Virus record (IMG/VR): IMGVR_UViG_3300035438_000341
Location: 1-64,000 of that record
Length of the DNA: 64,000 nt
Strand: one strand, 5' to 3'
From: a virus
The translations under genes and the position numbers were made by a program. A model generated the notes under the pieces. It made no database searches and had not been told where the DNA came from. It saw nothing but the letters and a program-made list of their open reading frames with translations. Shown one piece after another: positions 61,101-64,000 of this stretch. Numbering within the stretch: the stretch's first letter is position 1; the number at the start of each line of letters is the position of its first letter.

Positions 61101-62907
61101 TACAAAAACAGACAAATCTATTGAGCAACTATCTACAGATCTTAATAAAGTGGGAAGTATTTGGATTAAATCTATAGAAGAATATGAAAATAAAAAGAAT
61201 TTAGAGAGTAAACTTCTTACATTACATTCTATAGAAGCTGCTAAAGGAAGTCTTATAATGGAGAATGGTAAAGTGGTAATTGAAGCAGGAGTTCCTAAAG
61301 TCAATCTTGATGAGAATAAAAATGCTGATCTATTGAAAGTTATTATAAATGATTATTTATACAACTTAACAGAGAATCAAAGTTCATTAGGTAACATAAC
61401 TATATCTGCAGCAGCATCTAAGTTAGGTAAAACAGAAGAAGATGTAGAAAAGGTTGAAGTGGGTACAAAGAAGGTGATAGCTACAGCAGATACATGGATA
61501 CAATCATTGGCTGTAGGACTTAAACCAGCTATTGCAATAGCTAACTGGTTTGGTAATCAATTTACAGCATTCATACAAGCTGGAGGGTTCTATAATTTTT
61601 GGACTGATTTTGAAAAAAATAATCTAAAAGTTACTACTGGTAAACTAACTACAATAGAGAGAGGACTATTAGATTTGATACATCCTTTAAATGAAGATGT
61701 GTCTGAAGAAGAAAGAAGAAAACTTGCTTGGAAACAAGGATATATAGAATATCTTTCTACATGGTCTTTTACAGACATAATGCAAGTGACAAACTCTTTC
61801 CCTGAAAGAAAACTACAATTTGCTAATGCACTAAGCTTTATTGATAACTCAATTGTGATAGATGGAGAAATTAGAAACATTAGAAAGTATTTAAAAGCTC
61901 AAGATAGAGCTACTAAGTATAATCTATCTACTAGTGAAAGAAAAGCATTAGAAGCTACATTTGAAACCAGGGTGACAGAATTAAAAAATGCTCCTAATGC
62001 ATTAAAGAATATCGCTAAGATAGAAAATGGTGAAATGGTTATACCAGGCGTAAGTGATTTGAACATTGCTAAGTTTAGTCTTACTGTGTCTGAATATGCT
62101 AGAACATTGAATGGTCAGATGAGTCTTACTAACAAAGCTGATTATAGAAGAGACACAATGTTTAGTTCATTTATGATGTTCAAAAACTGGATACCTAAAC
62201 TTGTTACAGCAAGAGGAATGGATATCAAGAGAAATGTTGAACTTGATACATGGGAGTATGGTAGAACAAGAGCATTTTTTAAAACAGTAGCCTTCCTTGG
62301 AAAATCTAATATATCATCTATGATTGATATTATTAATGGTACTGAGAAGGGATTGAAAATATTAGATGAGTTATTAGCAGCTAAGAAAATAGAACATTAT
62401 AAAAAGACTGGACAAGAGTTAGAAATAACACAAGAAGAGTTTTATGATCTAATGAGAGAACAATTAGTTAATCAATCTAAAGAACTTGGTTTATTATTAG
62501 GTTTGCTATTAATTGTATTTGCTGCAGCTGCTGCTGAACCACCAGAAGATGCTACAGATGCTGAAAAGAATGCATATAAGTGGTACAGTAAAGTTATAAA
62601 TAAAATTAGTGATGAGGTTTCTTTCTATTATAATCCAATATCATTTGAGTCTATAACAAAAGGAAGTTTACTTCCATCTGTAGGACTTTTGTCTAAAGCA
62701 TTTAAAATTGTAGATCAGGTATCTACAGAAGGATATGGAATAGCTACAGATAATGAAGAAATGATGGAAAAAGCTCATGGATTAAAATATTTATTAAACA
62801 TAATTCCAGGATTATCTCAAGCACAAAATGAAGCTCTTCCATATCTATATCCTGAACTTGCAAAAGAAATGGGAATCAGAGTTTCCAAAGAAGCTAGAAG
62901 TAGGTAA
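58117..62907 (+). CDS. Large ejection protein with PD-(D/E)xK-like domain and C-terminal TM helix
   Basis: 1596 aa; WGSEGH..LE...E...G.RVD...LDWK...Q; LGLLLGLLLIVFAAAAA. Confidence 0.7.
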   Translation: MASCINKNTEEFKALAEQSKINPIILAAKISLWQEENGLDNFPVVSDVMLQTEDMPSSKASEETVAVMRKAAEQMGIDIQDLLDYAKANPNVDVKNVNGLADLMKGAVAVAQGKEDVALIEEIVHITTAILEQTDPKLITELISKIDRFKIYKQVLEVYSKKKEYQLANGKPDIRKIKKEAVDKLISEVVVYQSEGSTEYPELIEEETRNWVQGLWNMILDKLRGIYKKSNIDIFQEVGGIVRAGEAGTVADIKTGGIYLQIDSSVKAKIDNFYNKVKDYAKEMVYNPEIKDASGNVTQKRGYTFKGETVATTITEKIKKNKKFPERTPEQQASDDAKKDWGSEGHRFLEKYFVTNLIDQDGYRKPVFGNSRIDSTLSLDLQIKLKGFAEELIASYPVGTRFLIEEMVVNTKEKGMIGSRVDFKAVYPFEKKDGTFDMKIDTLDWKFTTVDKTKYEDISRDKIKDWVPQMGQFVAIDYTYGANQTQIGKSRMIPFIMNYNYRIAGDKKSGLVPESMEIGKLDSLKETNLYLLPVPITTETTGNEAVDKLIVSLQAQWDKLYSKPVTFEGKDKRIADLAELSKAIRFLHLKLDFEPLVNVGKTFLNNAADTLKEFKAIKFAELDDVELSKKLQDLISYKEGAQKYAGLGETFLSYYPRKSLNAESQKILDDLTNISRSTDAMLKVIDDLQKQFVVELAVREKFTTEETQLSVLDAEASIVGMSKAFLESSKLSSMIINLTTNLIMVAKKVVDGKVRKQIKQFGELLIPLEKEAKARGIKAFDMIATKSKDGMSLIKKINPEFWVKVNKAKEDNNKQFFLDNVNLDEYKALAKTAIEQRTIDASKRQYASDPETNERYKQYAIDAINNALDITRDSFNGYNDKTFGYLFSKSFKQDKNYSKEYVEMSKSKAALDVWNVFTKLNERAEAMGYLGEYKDSFFPLMEATILEKFYQTSNVAGQTKDFFQDFYKIKVNEEQQFSKNDPETGKVKLVIPKLFTKTDKSIEQLSTDLNKVGSIWIKSIEEYENKKNLESKLLTLHSIEAAKGSLIMENGKVVIEAGVPKVNLDENKNADLLKVIINDYLYNLTENQSSLGNITISAAASKLGKTEEDVEKVEVGTKKVIATADTWIQSLAVGLKPAIAIANWFGNQFTAFIQAGGFYNFWTDFEKNNLKVTTGKLTTIERGLLDLIHPLNEDVSEEERRKLAWKQGYIEYLSTWSFTDIMQVTNSFPERKLQFANALSFIDNSIVIDGEIRNIRKYLKAQDRATKYNLSTSERKALEATFETRVTELKNAPNALKNIAKIENGEMVIPGVSDLNIAKFSLTVSEYARTLNGQMSLTNKADYRRDTMFSSFMMFKNWIPKLVTARGMDIKRNVELDTWEYGRTRAFFKTVAFLGKSNISSMIDIINGTEKGLKILDELLAAKKIEHYKKTGQELEITQEEFYDLMREQLVNQSKELGLLLGLLLIVFAAAAAEPPEDATDAEKNAYKWYSKVINKISDEVSFYYNPISFESITKGSLLPSVGLLSKAFKIVDQVSTEGYGIATDNEEMMEKAHGLKYLLNIIPGLSQAQNEALPYLYPELAKEMGIRVSKEARSR

Positions 62908-62911
62908 TAAC

Positions 62912-62974
62912 GCTATATTATACCTATCTATTTTATATAACACTTTGACGTTAAGTTTATAAACATTATTTTTA
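62912..62974 (+). promoter_or_regulatory. Late promoter candidate with GCTATATTAT box
   Basis: GCTATATTAT 62912-62921; TTTG 62944-62947; 19 nt; TATTTTTA 62967-62974. Confidence 0.55.
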
Positions 62975-62993
62975 CACATTATACAACATACCC

Positions 62994-64000
62994 ATGAATC
63001 AATTTTGTGAAGCTATTCCATGTCCTGTTATACTAAATGCTACCTGCGTATTCTACGAAGGAGCTAATCTAGTATGTTCAGGAATCAATACTAATGACAC
63101 TCTTGAGACCGTCATAGTTAAATTAAATACTAAATTATGTAATGTTAGTGGCACATCTGGAACCAGTGGGACTAGTGGGACTAGCGGTACATCAGGTAGT
63201 AGTGGTGCACAAGGAGATAAATATAGAACAACTAGCAATGATGAACTTACATTAGGGCAAGGAGGACAATTAAATGTTGATACATTATTAGCATATACTC
63301 CTGGACAATCTATCATTATATCACATAATGCATATAACTATCAAGAGTGTATTGTTATTGATTATAATCCTTTAATAGGAATATTAAACTTTGAGTTTCC
63401 TTCACAAGTTTTTGGATCTGGAACATTTACCTATTGGGACATCAATCTAAAAGGTGCTGCTGGTGGTGATGGTTCTTCAGGTAGCTCTGGTACATCTGGA
63501 ACAACTGGTAGCAGTGGAACGTCAGGGACTAGTGGTTTAGCAGGATCAGATGGTTGTCCTGGTACTAGCGGTACTAGTGGTACATCTGGTATTAATGGAA
63601 CTTCAGGTACAAGAGGTACATCAGGTAGTAGTGGCACAAGTGGGAACACTGGTTTAAATGGAAGTAGTGGAACATCTGGTACTTCTGGTACTTCTGGCAC
63701 TACAGGTACTAGTGGAACGAGTGGAACATCAGGAACTAGTGGAACTAGTGGAAGTGGTGGTTCTTCTGGGACTAGTGGAACAACAGGTACTAGTGGTACA
63801 TCAGGAACTTCTGCTACATCAGGTACATCAGGTACAACTGGAACAAGTGGATCTTCAGGTGTATCACCATCACAAACTCTTCAAGAAGTAACTGATTTAG
63901 GAGCTGAAACAACGCATCCTATAATTGCTAATTCATTTATAAAATCTGGAGGTACAGGAACTAATGTTTTATTAGATGATGGTGATATTATAGCGTTATC
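62994..64000 (+). CDS. Collagen-like (Gly-Thr-Ser)n fibre protein, partial
   Basis: Manual translation MNQFCEAIPCPVILNATCVFYEGANL...SGTSGTSG...; open to the window end; shares N-terminal and TLQEVTDLG/FIKSGG motifs with 19973; absent from ORF track. Confidence 0.85.
   Translation, partial: MNQFCEAIPCPVILNATCVFYEGANLVCSGINTNDTLETVIVKLNTKLCNVSGTSGTSGTSGTSGTSGSSGAQGDKYRTTSNDELTLGQGGQLNVDTLLAYTPGQSIIISHNAYNYQECIVIDYNPLIGILNFEFPSQVFGSGTFTYWDINLKGAAGGDGSSGSSGTSGTTGSSGTSGTSGLAGSDGCPGTSGTSGTSGINGTSGTRGTSGSSGTSGNTGLNGSSGTSGTSGTSGTTGTSGTSGTSGTSGTSGSGGSSGTSGTTGTSGTSGTSATSGTSGTTGTSGSSGVSPSQTLQEVTDLGAETTHPIIANSFIKSGGTGTNVLLDDGDIIAL
63454..63860 (+). repeat. Gly-X-Y triplet coding repeat (mostly G-T-S)
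   Basis: Degenerate 9-nt repeats (e.g. GGTACATCA, GGAACTAGT); a shorter block lies at ~63147-63215. Confidence 0.85.

Noticed and set aside
63053-63891. ORF-track entries with PLVP/VLLV repeats
   Set aside because: They are shadow frames of the Gly-Thr-Ser repeat gene starting at 62994.
1-64000. Stop-codon reassignment (TAG/TGA) as in some Crassvirales
   Set aside because: Very long ORFs are intact under the standard code, coding density is near complete, and no suppressor tRNA is seen.

Overview
This window is an AT-rich, densely coding segment of a crAss-like (Crassvirales-type) podophage of a Bacteroidota host, read in the standard genetic code. Positions 1-2074 hold small minus-strand genes, several encoding membrane proteins. 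A GC-rich divergent junction lies at ~2075-2418. The rest is one plus-strand virion/late block: small DNA-binding proteins, terminase, portal, scaffold-like protein, major capsid protein, a structured intergenic region with an initiator-like tRNA-Met, and ring/auxiliary capsid proteins. These are followed by an array of modular fibre/decoration proteins (shared N-terminal module, Thr/Ser stalk, variable tips including DGR-target-type folds), a metallophosphoesterase, tail ring and muzzle/stabilisation proteins, and the ejection locus. The ejection locus includes a 4475-aa virion RNA polymerase with the DFDID motif. A collagen-like (Gly-Thr-Ser) fibre gene runs off the right end. Three free-standing homing endonucleases are present. 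The most notable signals are: (i) ejection-locus proteins punctuated by a repeated x-[QKE]-x-G(G) motif that brackets ADP-ribosyltransferase-like domains, suggesting a processed cargo polyprotein; (ii) an HPD-containing J-domain-like segment inside the virion RNAP; (iii) a DGR-style variable-region signature with no RT or template repeat in the window; (iv) two classes of upstream boxes at conserved spacing from host-type promoters; (v) a GNA-triloop hairpin at the early/late junction. All family assignments come from motif recognition by eye and gene order; no database search was run.
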